A stretch of 56,945 nt of DNA from Tubiluchus corallicola (taxonomy: Eukaryota > Animalia > Priapulida): contig JAQGDQ010001185.1 in NCBI GenBank assembly GCA_030141605.1, positions 1 through 56,945 on the forward strand, read 5' to 3'. This document shows, piece after piece, positions 39,464 to 52,068 of this stretch; position 1 is the stretch's first letter; each line of letters begins with the position of its first letter. Both the position numbers and the translations under genes were made by a program. The notes beneath the pieces are model-generated. The model did no database searches. It was not told the DNA's origin and saw only the letters and a list, made by a program, of their open reading frames with translations.

Positions 39464-39811
39464 TGTTACGGAGGCAGCTGTGTCGGGTCAGGTGTAGCGC
39501 CCTCTACACGCCCTGCTTCCACGTCAGCAGCGACTCACCCCTTTCTTGTAGGTCCTGACGTCTTGTTTGGGCCTACACGTGGTGTGAGAAGCCAGCTGAC
39601 CTGGAATGCTAGTATAAAAGCGTGTAGAGGTCACTACAACCTTGATTTCTGACTCAGGTGCTCCTCGGGTGTAGTGCTATTACTGAGTTAGTTAGTTATT
39701 TTTTTGTGCACGTGATTTTGTTCCCTATTTTTATTAGTGCTGATAATAAACTCCGTACAGTGTAGTTTTTGTGTATTTTATTTTATGAGAGTTAAATGAC
39801 GTGTTATAACA
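39464..39811 (+). mobile_element. Probable solo LTR
   Basis: TGTTA...TAACA inverted termini, TATAAAA near 39614 and AATAAA near 39745; 348 bp. Target duplication is degenerate. Confidence 0.6.
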
Positions 39812-39934
39812 GGTATATGCTACTAGTTTACAGACATTAACTTAGTTAATTAGCATAACATTTGTAATCAAAATTAACATTTGTAGTTAAGTAATCAGTT
39901 ACACAACGACAGTAAAATGGATCTTCATGATGCT

Positions 39935-40219
39935 CAATATCAAGACCGCCACGCCATCTTGGAGTTCGACCTCCTGAGTCGAATTCAGTTCAATATCAAG
40001 ACCGCCACGCCACCTTGGAGTTCGACCTCCTGAGTCGAATTCAGTTCAATATCAAGACCGCCATGCCATCTTGGAGTTCGACCCCCTGAGTTAAATTCAG
40101 TCCAATATCAAGACCGCCATGCCATCTTGGAGTTCGACCCCCTGAGTCGAATTCAGTTCAATATCAAGACCGCTATGCCATCTTGGAGTTCGACCCCCTG
40201 ACACGAATTCAGTGCAATA
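39935..40219. repeat. 56-bp minisatellite, 5 copies
   Basis: Unit CAATATCAAGACCGCCATGCCATCTTGGAGTTCGACCCCCTGAGTCGAATTCAGTT. Confidence 0.94.
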
Positions 40220-40689
40220 TTATACTAGCTAATGTTTGAGTTAAATTCATATTTTTGTGCGTGTAAATATAAACTATGTGGTTTGCCCGACTATAACAGC
40301 AATATAAATATCTCTATAGCAAGTTCTTCAATTTTTATCAGTATACGAATTATTCATTTTAATTTATTTTTTGTAATTAAATCTAATTAATCTAACTTGG
40401 GCGTTTCTTCACCATATCCGCTTGCATAGTAAACTTACTTCCGGCGTAATTAGGCGAAATTATGCAACATGGAGGCTATAATCATAATATAATCAAAATT
40501 CGTTCACCAAGAGACACTACAATTAATCTAGCGCGTTAATTATTATTAATTTTATCATAAACTGTCTCATTCTAAATTCCTTTATTTATGAACCCGAAAT
40601 GAACCTTGTCTGGAAGGCTACACTGATGAACTGACATTGAAAACGTCAAGAGTTTGTTGAAAATGACGTAGATGTATGAGCTCTATGGG

Positions 40690-41164
40690 ATTAGAACATC
40701 TCGGTTACGCCTCCCCTCACATATTGAGACTGGAAGATGGGCAAAGATAAAAAGAGAAGACAGGCTATGCTCCTGTCCTGGCTTAAACATTCAAACAGAA
40801 GAGCATGTTATCTGTTCTTGTCCACTTACTAATCACCTTGGTGAAGATAACACTGAACTGAACTTCAACGATCTGCATGAATTTTTCAATGGAAACCCAA
40901 TGTCATATTGTGAATTTGTAAATAACTCTTTGGCGATTTTTGGACAGTAATGATCACGTTATGTGATCAAAAGTGTTTATTGTGAATTTGTAAATAACCC
41001 TTGGGCTGTTTTTGGACAGTAATGATCATGTTATGTGATCAAAAGTGTTTATTGTGAATTAGTAAATAACTCTTTGGCGATTTTTGGACAGTAATGATCA
41101 TGTTATGTGATCAAAAGTGTTTATTGTGAATTTGTAAATAACTCTTGAGCTGTTTTTGGACAGT
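40690..41164 (+). mobile_element. LINE ORF2 C-terminal fragment whose stop/3'UTR is tandemly repeated (72 bp, about 3.5 copies, 40907-41164)
   Basis: Translates RLRLPSHIETGRW..REDRLCSC..IQTEEHVICSCPLT. The repeat has period 72 and contains the hairpin TGATCAC-GTTAT-GTGATCA. Confidence 0.8.
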
Positions 41165-41704
41165 ATTTGGCTAATTTCAATGCTCGCAAAAATGTTAGAA
41201 GGATTTAATAATAAAAATGTGACAAGCGCCTCTAACAGATGTCAAATCACTTTAAAGTCCCGAGTATTTCACGCTGGGACGTTCCCATTTTCAACGCTCA
41301 AACTTTTGCCAATGACGTCATTCGTCGACTGCAGAAACGAGCTGTCAATTCTCGTCAAAAGTGAAATACGATTTTACAAACAATTAAATAGCTGAATTTT
41401 TGTGATGCTTTAGGCTAAACACTACGTCACAGAAGTTTGAATTGGTTTAAGCCAAGGTTGAAGGCCACAAAGCGCAAGTGAAAAGTCGTGAAGTCCACCA
41501 ATTACGTCATGATTTTCAAGCGAATGGTGGCTACTACCAAACGCCAGTTACATTTTAAGTGTGTTAGAGTGCAGAGCATACGGTACTAAAACGGAAAAAA
41601 GCAATTTCGATCACAAACAAACATTCTTACATGAAGCCTAAAAAGTTCATCTTGAAATTTTGCATCATTTTACATGCAGCAGTAACATGCTGTTTAATTG
41701 CATA

Positions 41705-41830
41705 CAGAGCTTGTGACGGCAGTAACGTTTTTAGAACTTGTAAACTTAAATTGCAGTGATAACCGTTAAGCGCAGCTATTTTGACATGTAAGTCACTCGA
41801 AACAAGTTTAAATAAAAGTGTGTAAAGTTC
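41705..41830 (+). mobile_element. MITE family B 5' fragment next to the NDNF exon 3 acceptor
   Basis: CAGAGCT..GGCAGTAACG..CGCAGCTATTTTGAC..GAAACAAGTTTA. Confidence 0.6.
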
Positions 41831-41854
41831 ACATTTTTTCTGTTTTTCTTTCAG

Positions 41855-43185
41855 AATTACTAGAGGATTTGCAAAAGCAACAGCCGACGTTAGTACAGCC
41901 AGATGTACTTTATCAGTATTCTGGTCATGAAATTCAAACTTTCAGTGCTCAGGGATTGAGAAAAGGTGTTTTACATCTGGAAATTACATCAACTGACAGT
42001 GCTACAAGCGTGGAAATCTACGCCACTACCTCTGAGAACAGATTAGAGGTGCCAGAGGTACCTTCTGATGGACGTGTTACCGCTATTTCCTCAACCAAAC
42101 GTAAAATCCGCTTATCATGGAAACCCGTCAAGGATCCACAGGTGCAGCTAGTGAAATATTGTTTAGTCGCCAATATAAAGAACCTCTTTCCAACGCAATG
42201 CGCCTTTCGGGCAGCTCAGAGTGGAAATAGACCATTAAAGGTACCGAGGAATACCGGGTTTAGTTTTACATGGGAACGCGCTGATCGACGACGACGCATT
42301 CAAGAGTGGAAATCTTCGCACCCAAAAAAACTTAAGCAGAAAGAGTATGCGTATCAGTGTGTTACTAACGTGACATCGCACGTTCTACGAAACTTAGTTC
42401 CAGGTAAGAAGTACTATTTGAACGTGTTTGCGATAAATATGGCGTCGAATGTGAGTGCGTCGTACATAGGCACGACATTTCTCACTAAAGAGAGCCACAC
42501 AATGGAATATCTAAAAGACGGTAAACCGAAAAATGTCGTGCTGAAAAAATCCAGAAGTAATTTCAAGATCCTAGCATTTAGACTCCGCAGTCATATTGAC
42601 CAGTTGACCATTGGGTTAACACCATGTATTGGTCAAGTCAACGTGGACATTACCTTCAACCGAAAGAGGATTAAGCACTTCTGGTTGCACCACAGGGAAT
42701 CGGTCAAAATTAAAAGTCCGCAAAGAGGACTTTACATCGTGACATTAAGAGCAGATCGCAAACGCAGTCGCCAGGTGGAGGTGTTTGCTAGCACAAGCAA
42801 CAAGAGATACCCCTATCCTCTCCTGCCAGAGGACACACAAATAAAAGTGTTTCACAAGCTTAGAACGTGTAATTCAGTAACTCTAGCTTGGCTTGGTACA
42901 GGTGAAAGTATCAAGTACTGCCTGTACAAGCTCCAAGAGAGGAACAGTGCCAACAGACTTTTTGCAAAGCAAAATTTCTGCGAAGCGCCCTCCTCGCGAA
43001 AAAGAAGCGAGAAGGTTCGCTGTCTGCGATTCAGAAGCAAAAACGCCAATAAGGCAGTAATAACACAAACCATTCGTGGATTAAAACCAGGCAGTACATA
43101 TGCTTTTGATGTCTACGCTAGCCAATACAAAAAACAAGCCTTAGCTTACAGGCGAGTGTGGATAACCACAAAGAGTCTATGCTAG
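41855..43185 (+). CDS. NDNF: NDNF orthologue, coding exon 3 (FN3-like domains and NDNF C-terminal domain)
   Basis: Polypyrimidine tract then tcAG|AATTA. Encodes LPEDTQIKVFHKLRTCNSVTLAWLGT, SEKVRC, AVITQTIRGLKPG and a terminal Cys, closely resembling NDNF. The spliced CDS is 1683 nt (560 aa). Confidence 0.93.
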
Positions 43186-44082
43186 GTACAATAATGCCTA
43201 TTAAAGATCTGGGTGCTGATGAAGGCAGTTGAAAATTTGCAACACTGATGCTGCCAAAACGACGTTTCCTATGAAGTCTGCTGATCCTGATTGCTGAACA
43301 CAAGTGCAAGCACGGTAGCTCAGAAATTCAAAATTATTTTTCGTGAAAGAGCTATAATAGGACATTCTCTATCTTTACTGTAGTACAGTAATTGTAAAAC
43401 ATGCTGTAATATATCATCTGTCCCTACTATACAAGCAAACATGCCACAGGTTAGTCCATATCTTTCTGTGCATCCAATTTAGTCACAACCAAAGCATCCA
43501 CTGGGTGTTCCAGCGAGGAACTCTGTACTTGTTTAAACGTCTGTTAGTAATTACGGATAGACAGACCAGCCGAGCAATTTGAGAAGAACCAGGGTTCTGG
43601 CAGATTACTGCACTATTTATAGTCGCGGAAGCCTACACGAGTTTTTCGTCCAGGTTTCTCTTTCCAATGTTGTGAAGCCCTGACTTGCCGCGGCTGGGAA
43701 AACTCCTGTTTAGACACAGATGAAACCACTAACCACCACAAGCCAGCCGTCTTGAGATGTTAAAACCACCGAGCAGCTTTTATAACATCAAAATTCCCAC
43801 GGCCGATTTCTTTCTGCTGCGGCGGCTGCACCTGTTGTGCGCGGTACAGTACCTACAGCAGCGACATCTGTCGTCGAACTGTCAAAGCTTCTGTTCGTGC
43901 GGAATTCGCCGCGCCGTCTAGCATTACTGAAAGATTCGAAGCGGAAGTCGATGAAAGTGGGCGATGAAGTACAAGTATTTCTTTCTGTATTTTACCGCTT
44001 TGCTGAAATATAAACCAGAATGTAGCTTGAAATAATCAGCAATGACTGTCAGCAAGCGAGGACTCACTTTTTAAAATTTGTA

Positions 44083-44088
44083 AATAAA
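44083..44088 (+). promoter_or_regulatory. Candidate polyadenylation signal (AATAAA) of NDNF
   Basis: AATAAA about 900 nt after the stop, at the end of unique 3'UTR-like sequence and followed by GT-rich sequence. Confidence 0.4.
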
Positions 44089-44269
44089 GTTATTCGAGTG
44101 TGTTAAGACGTTTGATTTTCGATATTAAAATATGTTTGAGATGTTGCACATCTTGCGTGACGTTCATTTCGATTTTTTCTTACTTGTAAACAAGGAAAAA
44201 GTGTTACCCGAAGTATACGTGGCAGGAGATTCTGACCCTAGGACCCTGGTCAAGAAATTAAAGCAACTA

Positions 44270-44840
44270 AAGTGACTATGCATACTGACGTCATTGTTAA
44301 GAATCCTTGCAGCGTAGCTAAGGACAGTTGCATAACAACCAAGAACACTAACGTCATAGCTAAAACAGTTACATCATAGTTCAGGACACTAACATCATAA
44401 TTACTGACACTGATACCAGAGCCAAGGCAACTGAGATTGTAGTAAAGAACACTGACATCATAGTTGAGGACACTGACGTCATAGCTAAATACACTGACAT
44501 CATAGTTAAAGACACTGGCATCGTAGCTAAAGACACTGACGTCAAAGCTGAAAACACTGACATTATAGGTAGTCACAATGCTGACATCATAGTAAATGAT
44601 AAAGATATCATAGTTAATCATAAGGACATTATAACATTATGACAATCACTTCATATTTAAAGAGACTGACGTCATAGCTGAAGACACTGATATCATAGAT
44701 ACTTAGAACACTGACGCTTAGTTTTAAATAATAACATAACAGTTAAGACAGTGGCATCATAGTAACGGACGCTGACGTTACAGCTAAATGCACTGACATC
44801 CCTGTTATGGCAACACAGGCAAGGACTCTGACGTCACAAA
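44270..44840. repeat. Degenerate 21-bp minisatellite (AAGACACTGACRTCATAGYTA)
   Basis: Periodic CACTGACATCATAG/CTGACGTCA motifs. Confidence 0.8.
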
Positions 44841-45465
44841 TAACTAGATTTAGATTTAGATTTAATATTTTATTTCAAACTTCACAAAGTTCATATACGC
44901 ATCACAAATTAATACAAATAATACAATAAATCATGACACAACAATAACACAAATAACAATTAACGATATAACAAACTACGCCAATGACGTCTAATTACAG
45001 AAGTAAAGTTTACATCACTGTTTAAAATGTTCTTGCATATAAAATTTTCACTCTTATTCAGCCTGACGTATAAACTGTATGCACATTTTCTGTGAAATTA
45101 TCTAGCGCTCGTATCATATGAAAAGTTAAACAGCTTCCGTGTTGATACATTATATGCAACCTTGAGTTTGCTAAGATTGTAAGAATAAAAATGTGTCCAA
45201 GCGGACATAATGACTGACTGACTGACTGACTGACTGATTGACTAACTGCCTTGCTTACTTACTTACTTATTTACTTAAAGCTGTTATTGTCCTGCAATCT
45301 TTTTTAACAGTAGAACATATACTCTTAATGAGTTACTGTGCATTTTAACAATTGCAACTGCAGCTATTCTATTTCAAATAATCCTAGGGGGGGGGGGCGT
45401 AGCTCAATGGTAGTCTTAAACAATTGTACCGCTGGTTCTACGACCAAATATGCGGATATTAATCA

Positions 45466-45538
45466 TAATAATAATAATAATAATAGTAATAATAATAATA
45501 ATAATAATAATAGTAATAATAATAATAATAATAATAAT
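45466..45538. repeat. (AAT)n microsatellite
   Basis: Direct reading. Confidence 0.95.
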
Positions 45539-46023
45539 ATGTCTTTTCACGTCAAATTCACCCCTATTAACACACACGAACAACAGCAAATCAAATTATC
45601 TACACGATACTCATTCCTCTGCAACTGAAACGCTTAGGAGCTTATGAACAACAAAAGTGAGAAAATACAGACAGCTTTAAATGTTGGACGTATTTTCTAT
45701 CTTTTTAGCGCCTTATTTCTGTTTCTCAGACTCGAAAAAAACGAACATTTCGTTATTGGTCCAACAGAGGACGCCACGTTATCAGCACCATGATTAGCGC
45801 TTGCATAGACCGTAACCATTGTAGTACTTGGGGTTTTTGCCCTTCTCACAAACAGACGAATTTTGCGAAAGCGCCTAAGAATTTTTTTGACATTCTGTCC
45901 ATTAAAAATTTTGCAAAATAATTAGATTTATTATTAAAAAAATTGAATCAAATCATGAAAGAGTCAATCAGATAAATGATTTGAAGGTTCCAAGTAAACA
46001 GGGAGTCTCTGTATTCTGATTTC

Positions 46024-46345
<322 letters not shown>

Positions 46346-46626
46346 CATTCTCTTTTTTGTCTCTCATTCTCTCTCCATTTCTCTGTCTCTTTCAAATCAA
46401 ATCAAATCAAATCAAAGCAAATCTTTCCACCTCGCCTTTTCTACTCTTTCTCTCCTTCTTCCTCGCCCTCGCAATTCTTTCCCTTCTTCTTCCTCCTACT
46501 CTCTTCCTCATAACAAATCTCTTTACTTTCTTCCCAACTTCATGCAGTCTGAAACATGACAAACTTCTGCTGGTCAGTGATGCACTGTCGTCTGCACTTT
46601 ACTCAAAAATTTACAAATGTTACTCT

Positions 46627-47703
46627 CTAAATTAGTAATTGCTTAAAAATGTGAGAATTTTTAACGAAATGTGATCTCTTTGTACCAATAAAATATATTC
46701 CACTTTCGTTACCCTTTCTTTTTAAACTGTAAGACGTTCTTTCTAAGTTAACATACAAGGGTTCGAACCCTGCCAGAAACTTCTCAACGAGAAAACTGGA
46801 TATCCTAATTGGGTGAAGTTTATCGAGTAGCTGACCCCGTTTCCGTGCCCGTGGAAAAAAACTTTCATGCCATATAAGGACTCCATTATTTTTCAAAGAT
46901 ACGTATATATTGTTGAGAAAAGCTAGGGCATCTTGAACATGTTCAATAGTGTTCACACTGACTAGCGTGTCAAAGGTTTCCGGTTGCACAAACTTTTCCC
47001 CTGATGAGGGAACTACGGTTGTTGAATAATTCAGAAGATTCCCGCTCTTGTAACTACACCCTGGTACGTACTTCATGTATCGTTTCGCATTGGGTTCAAC
47101 CAGAGTAATGTGGCTGACAGTTAACTTACTTCTAGTCAACAGCATGAAAAGAGTTTGCGTAAAAGGTCCTGCCCCAATTTCGACCACATTTCCCAAATCG
47201 TAGGGCACTTTACTGTAAGCGTCAAAGCCTTCGATGTGCTCATCCATGCGGTCCTCTTCTGCCCATCCGGTTGCCCAAACCTTGAATTCTTCCTTTTGGG
47301 CGTTCCTCCACATCAACATTGGAACTTGAACGATGCCAGTTTGAGGTTGAAAGAAACATGTTGCAGAAACATTTGCTGGTGACATGAATTTGTCGTAAGT
47401 TACTTCCCGTTTCAAATTAGGACAAAGTTCCAAAACTTCCGCCTCAGCCGCTTCCCTTTCGCAGCATCCAACTCCAAAATACAAAGGATGACAGAAACAA
47501 TGATTAAAATATTGTCTGCCATGCAACGGACATTCACAAATCACTGAATCATTAGTTAATTTGGCTGGGACGCCATCATTGTTTGCATGAAGCCACGTTC
47601 TCATCAAACTGATCATCACTGAACTTGCTACCAGCAAGACAATCATTTGATGCAACGTCAAACGTACCGTTGACAAACGTAGTAGACGCGGCGGTGGCTC
47701 CAT
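46627..47703 (-). CDS. Type II membrane class I SAM-dependent methyltransferase with Cys-rich/EGF-like stem; uninterrupted coding sequence
   Basis: 358-aa ORF with an N-terminal hydrophobic anchor (MIVLLVASSVMISLM) and CECPLHG..CFCHPLYFGVGC. It carries motif I VVEIGAGP, the acidic end of beta2 (ITLVEP), FDTLVSVNTIEHV and LKNNGVLIW. Confidence 0.8.
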   Translation of the reverse strand: MEPPPRLLRLSTVRLTLHQMIVLLVASSVMISLMRTWLHANNDGVPAKLTNDSVICECPLHGRQYFNHCFCHPLYFGVGCCEREAAEAEVLELCPNLKREVTYDKFMSPANVSATCFFQPQTGIVQVPMLMWRNAQKEEFKVWATGWAEEDRMDEHIEGFDAYSKVPYDLGNVVEIGAGPFTQTLFMLLTRSKLTVSHITLVEPNAKRYMKYVPGCSYKSGNLLNYSTTVVPSSGEKFVQPETFDTLVSVNTIEHVQDALAFLNNIYVSLKNNGVLIWHESFFPRARKRGQLLDKLHPIRISSFLVEKFLAGFEPLYVNLERTSYSLKRKGNESGIYFIGTKRSHFVKNSHIFKQLLI

Positions 47704-48269
47704 CTTTACTCTACTGACGTAATCGTTTGTGACTTACGGCAAGCGACTTCTATTAAGTTAATTTGTCCAGCCTTATTGGAGCGAAAGAGATTTCTTAAAA
47801 AAATTTGAAAGCTGATTTCACGCTTCCTGTGCTTTTTTGATAAAGTTTATAGCCATTTTGTTGCACCTCATACCTAATTTGGAATCACACAAAGAACACT
47901 GAAGTTTTCATACGTTTCACTACAATCAGATCATCACCTAGCTAAAAATCACAAAATTCTTGTTCATAGCATTCACTTATCAGTACTGGTAAAACTGTAC
48001 TTTACTGTTTTATGTCTGATATTCAGAAAAGCATTTTGTATCATTATTAGCGGGATCACGCACTGCACGAGTGGATTCTTATGCTGAACAAAAGGTTATT
48101 ATTTCAGGCTGTAGAGTGCAATGCTCTACTGGGGCACATGAGTTTGCCATGTTGACTGTAGAGCTCAGAATCAGTAACAGTAACGACTTATAAGCTCCTG
48201 GGTAATTTAAACGCTACTTAATTTTGATGGTGGCAGAGTTTTTTCACAATTTGTTGAGCTAAAACGTCA

Positions 48270-48464
48270 GTTGTTGTTGCTCTCGATGCTGTTGTCGCTG
48301 TTACTGTAGTTGTTGTTGCTGCTGCTGCAGCTGTTGTTGTTGTTGTTCTTGCTGCTGCTGTTGCTGTTGTTTTTGTTGTTGTTGTTGTTGTTGATGATGA
48401 TGATGATGTTGTTTGTTGCTGCTGTTGTTGCTGCTGCAGCTGTTGTTGTTGTAGTTGTTGTTGT

Positions 48465-48495
<31 letters not shown>

Positions 48496-48645
48496 TTGGT
48501 TGTTGTTATTGCTGTTGTTGCTGTTGTTGTTGTTGATGATGATGATGATGATGACGATGTTGTTGTTGTTGCTGTTGTTGTTTTTGCTGCTGTTGTGGTT
48601 GTTGATGATGCTGCTATTATTACTGTTGTCACTGTCGTCACTACT
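48270..48645. repeat. (GTT/GCT/GAT)n trinucleotide repeat
   Basis: Direct reading. Confidence 0.93.
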
Positions 48646-49269
48646 TTTTAATTAATAGTGTTAATTATTATTTGATATTATTTTCGCGTTTATTTTTATT
48701 GTACGTATATATTCTGAAGCATAAATTAGAATGGAATAGATTGGGATCGATGCTGTTCGATTCATCAGATTTATTTCAGCATAAAACCACATTTAAAAAA
48801 ATATTTACAACACAATAAAGGTACCAAAAATAAAACTAATACAGTAAGAAAAAACTATCACGTTGAAGGACAATAATTAAGATATAGAATCGCGAAAGTT
48901 GATTAATATAATGAACTACATCGTGCTGGTGTTCGTCATCTACAAGAATGGTACACTTTCTAATTTTCTATATAAAAGAATTAAAAAAGACCTAAATTAG
49001 TGATTAAATTAAACATGGAATCTGTTTTACTGTACGCATTTAAAGCGGAAGAAAACGAAATTTTAAACTACCGCCCCCCCCCCCCAAATCTCTCCATGCA
49101 AGATAATATTTCTTTTCATTACGCGTACCCAATAACACGTGACTGCTCAACTATCCCAGTGCGCACCGCAAGGTAATATTTCTTTGCATTACGGGTACCC
49201 GATAACACGTGACTGCTCAACTATCCCAGTGTGCACCGCCTTCTCACCAAAAACACACATTACTGAACA

Positions 49270-49484
49270 TATTGACAATATCAATGTAATTTGATAGTTT
49301 GATATTTTGTAAAATTGCGAAGCGTGGTTACAAATACTCTGATTGCTTTTTTCAAACTTTACACAATGCGATAATTTTATAAAGCGTATCAAACGAATTA
49401 CTTTTAAAATGGCTGCGCCTAATAGTCATCACTGGACTATAAATTTAGAAGCTTTATACGGCGCTACTGCTACCGCCAGCCCTG
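49270..49484 (-). mobile_element. MITE family B copy, reverse orientation
   Basis: Minus strand reads CAGGGCTGGCGGTAGCAGTAGCG..TAGGCGCAGCCATTTT..GTGTAAAGTTTGAAAAA. Confidence 0.6.
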
Positions 49485-50798
49485 TGCGCAATAAGATAGC
49501 ATATAAGTGGTGCAAAATTTCGAGACGAATTTTTAGTTTTACGTAAGTAAAGAGTTTTTGTTGATTTGATGCCAAGACCTACACTGCATATCAAACGTGA
49601 AATATCGTTCTTGTAACATCTTACAAATGATTGCATTTCGACCAGTAAAATAGTTTGAACTTACGAACCTGGACACCAAACTTTAGCACAACATCCTCTG
49701 TACAATGATGAAGCTTTGTGATTGTAAAAGTTCGTGCCATGAGCTGTTTAAAATAAGATTATTTTTAAGCAAAAATTAAAAACAAACAATGCCATAATAC
49801 CAAGGAAATATTAAATTTAATATTGTTTTTATTTCACCGAAAATAAAATAATTTAAAAACAATTTTAAACTCAAGATCAATTAAATGAGACGTTTTTAAT
49901 CATTTTAAGTTTGTTTCTGCAAATGTCTATAATACTGTTGATTCTGTAACCGATAGTTGAGAATGGACGTTGAAGTTATATGTGTAACACACGCATTCTT
50001 TTAAGCTGTACCAGAAGATCAAACTGAAATGTGATTTTGTTTATTGTATTTATTTTTGTAACAAAATGGCATTAAATTATCCACATTTGGCAAGTAGATG
50101 CAACTACAACAAAAAGGAATTTATTACAGACTGGTTTCAAACAAATCTGTTCATTATCAAGGCATCTAAAACAACGAAATTTTTACCAGAATTTAGAAAC
50201 AACATCGAAATATGATTCTTTAGTTAGATAGCTAAAAGATATATTATATAACACTACATGGATAATTTAACAATTTTTATCTTACAGGTTATATATCTTG
50301 ATTGGTATGAAACTATGCTACACTCCTAATAAACAAATTTGTTAGTAGTTACTGTCAAAATTATGGAGCTGCCATTTTGTTGCTGAAGCATTCCTGTAGA
50401 AACCGCCTGCGATTGTACTGTTTTGAGACTTTTCTAGCTGATTTGGTAACGTTTCTTAGTTGTGTCAAGCAGTTAAAAAACTGCACGAGAAACGGTCATG
50501 TAACTACATCTAAATTTAGTTGATGAAATTCAGCTATTTTTATCAATCACGTCACGAAAGTGTCCTTGCTATTTAGGTAGAACCCTCGTAGAGTCTGTCT
50601 ACGCTCAAGCTACTGTCTGTTTCTTTCAGTGAGCAGTCAGTTAGTTTTCCTTGCTCGGCCAAGGAATTGATCGAACTTAGCAGCGACTACCATTAATTGC
50701 CCCCATGGTCTATAGCGAATAGATGGGTGACACCGGCTAAGACACATCTGGCTGTTTAGTAACTAGTTTTGGTGGCGTTAATTTAATAATGGGTCAAA

Positions 50799-51438
50799 CA
50801 GGGGCGGAACTGGGGGGGAGGGGTGGCGCGCCCCATTGCAAAATCGGACAAATAATTTTTTTTCAGTGAAAATTGCTGTGCGAATGTAATCATTTTCAAT
50901 ATGAATTGGAACTAGTAAAAAATGTTTGGCAGCTTCAGTGTGCGTGCAGACAAAACTCAGTGTGCATAGAGGTGCCTATGACAGTGTAGGCCTACAGGGA
51001 CCACACACAGTCACAGGCTCTACACGCAGGCCAACAGGTCTGTGTGCACAGCTATAGGACGCTGGTGTAGCAGCGGTACCATGCTGAAATTTGAGACTTT
51101 TTAAAAACTTTAGACTTTTTTGTCCAAGGAAGTATCGTTCCACGTTTCATTTTGACATTATTTCCTGCGTATTATTTTCTTAAAACTTGTGTGTGATAAA
51201 TTTCTGTAAATAACAATTTAGTTAGAGGCACATTAATAACGTTAGGTTAACTGAGAGTTAATTTTCTCATTATTGCTCTGTACCCCACGCCGTCCTACAC
51301 ACATGCTAATTATAGGCCTGCATGCAGTATAAAAGGGGTTAAAAATTGGCTTAACCATTATTTAACCACTTCGGATACCTCGCCCTCTCAGAAAATTTTT
51401 GCGCCCCCCCCTGCTTGCCACATCTAGTTCCGCCCCTG
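50799..51438. mobile_element. hAT-type MITE, 640 bp, with 13-bp TIRs and an 8-bp target duplication
   Basis: GGGTCAAA|CAGGGGCGGAACT ... AGTTCCGCCCCTG|GGGTCAAG; target duplication matches 7/8. Confidence 0.85.
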
Positions 51439-51744
51439 GGGTCAAGTCTAAAATATTATAATTATATTGACATTCTAATCATAATTCATAACATACACTG
51501 CCTATTTGGTCATTACGCGCATTATTATAATAGTCTGTAAAAATTGTAATAAGATAATTGGTCCTATAACTGTCCTAACACACTAATCGTATTTCAAGTA
51601 ATTGCTTGTTTACGATTTATTTATGATACCATGAGGTTAAGAGGGCTACTAGCAGAAAGAGGTGATAACTGGAGCATGATTGATGTGTCAACCTCCTCTG
51701 CAGTCTTTCAACTAGTTAAAATCTCAGAAAGTTTAAAGGTACTC

Positions 51745-52068
51745 TAGCTTTACTGATAATTTTGATGGTGTAATAGATGGCGGCACATGCACTCTGGTCA
51801 TTATTGATATATTATTGTCTGGAACACCTAGAATATTAAAGGTTTTCTTTCCACTTATATAAAATATCAGGGTTTAAAGGAACTTCAGCTTTATTGATAA
51901 GTATAACGACGGAGTAGATGGCGGCACATGCACTCTGGTCATTATTGATATATTATTGTCTGGAACACCTAGGATATTAAAGGTTTTCTTTCCACTTATA
52001 TAAAATATCAGGGTTTAAAGGAACTTCAGCTTTATTGATAAGTATAACGACGGAGTAGATGGCGACAC
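51745..52068. repeat. 141-bp tandem duplication, about 2.3 copies
   Basis: TAGATGGCG recurs at 51774, 51915 and 52056. Confidence 0.9.

Noticed and set aside
45386-45415. tRNA gene (GGGGCGTAGCTCAATGGTAG)
   Set aside because: Only a 5' A-box-like piece with no complete cloverleaf; at most a SINE relic.
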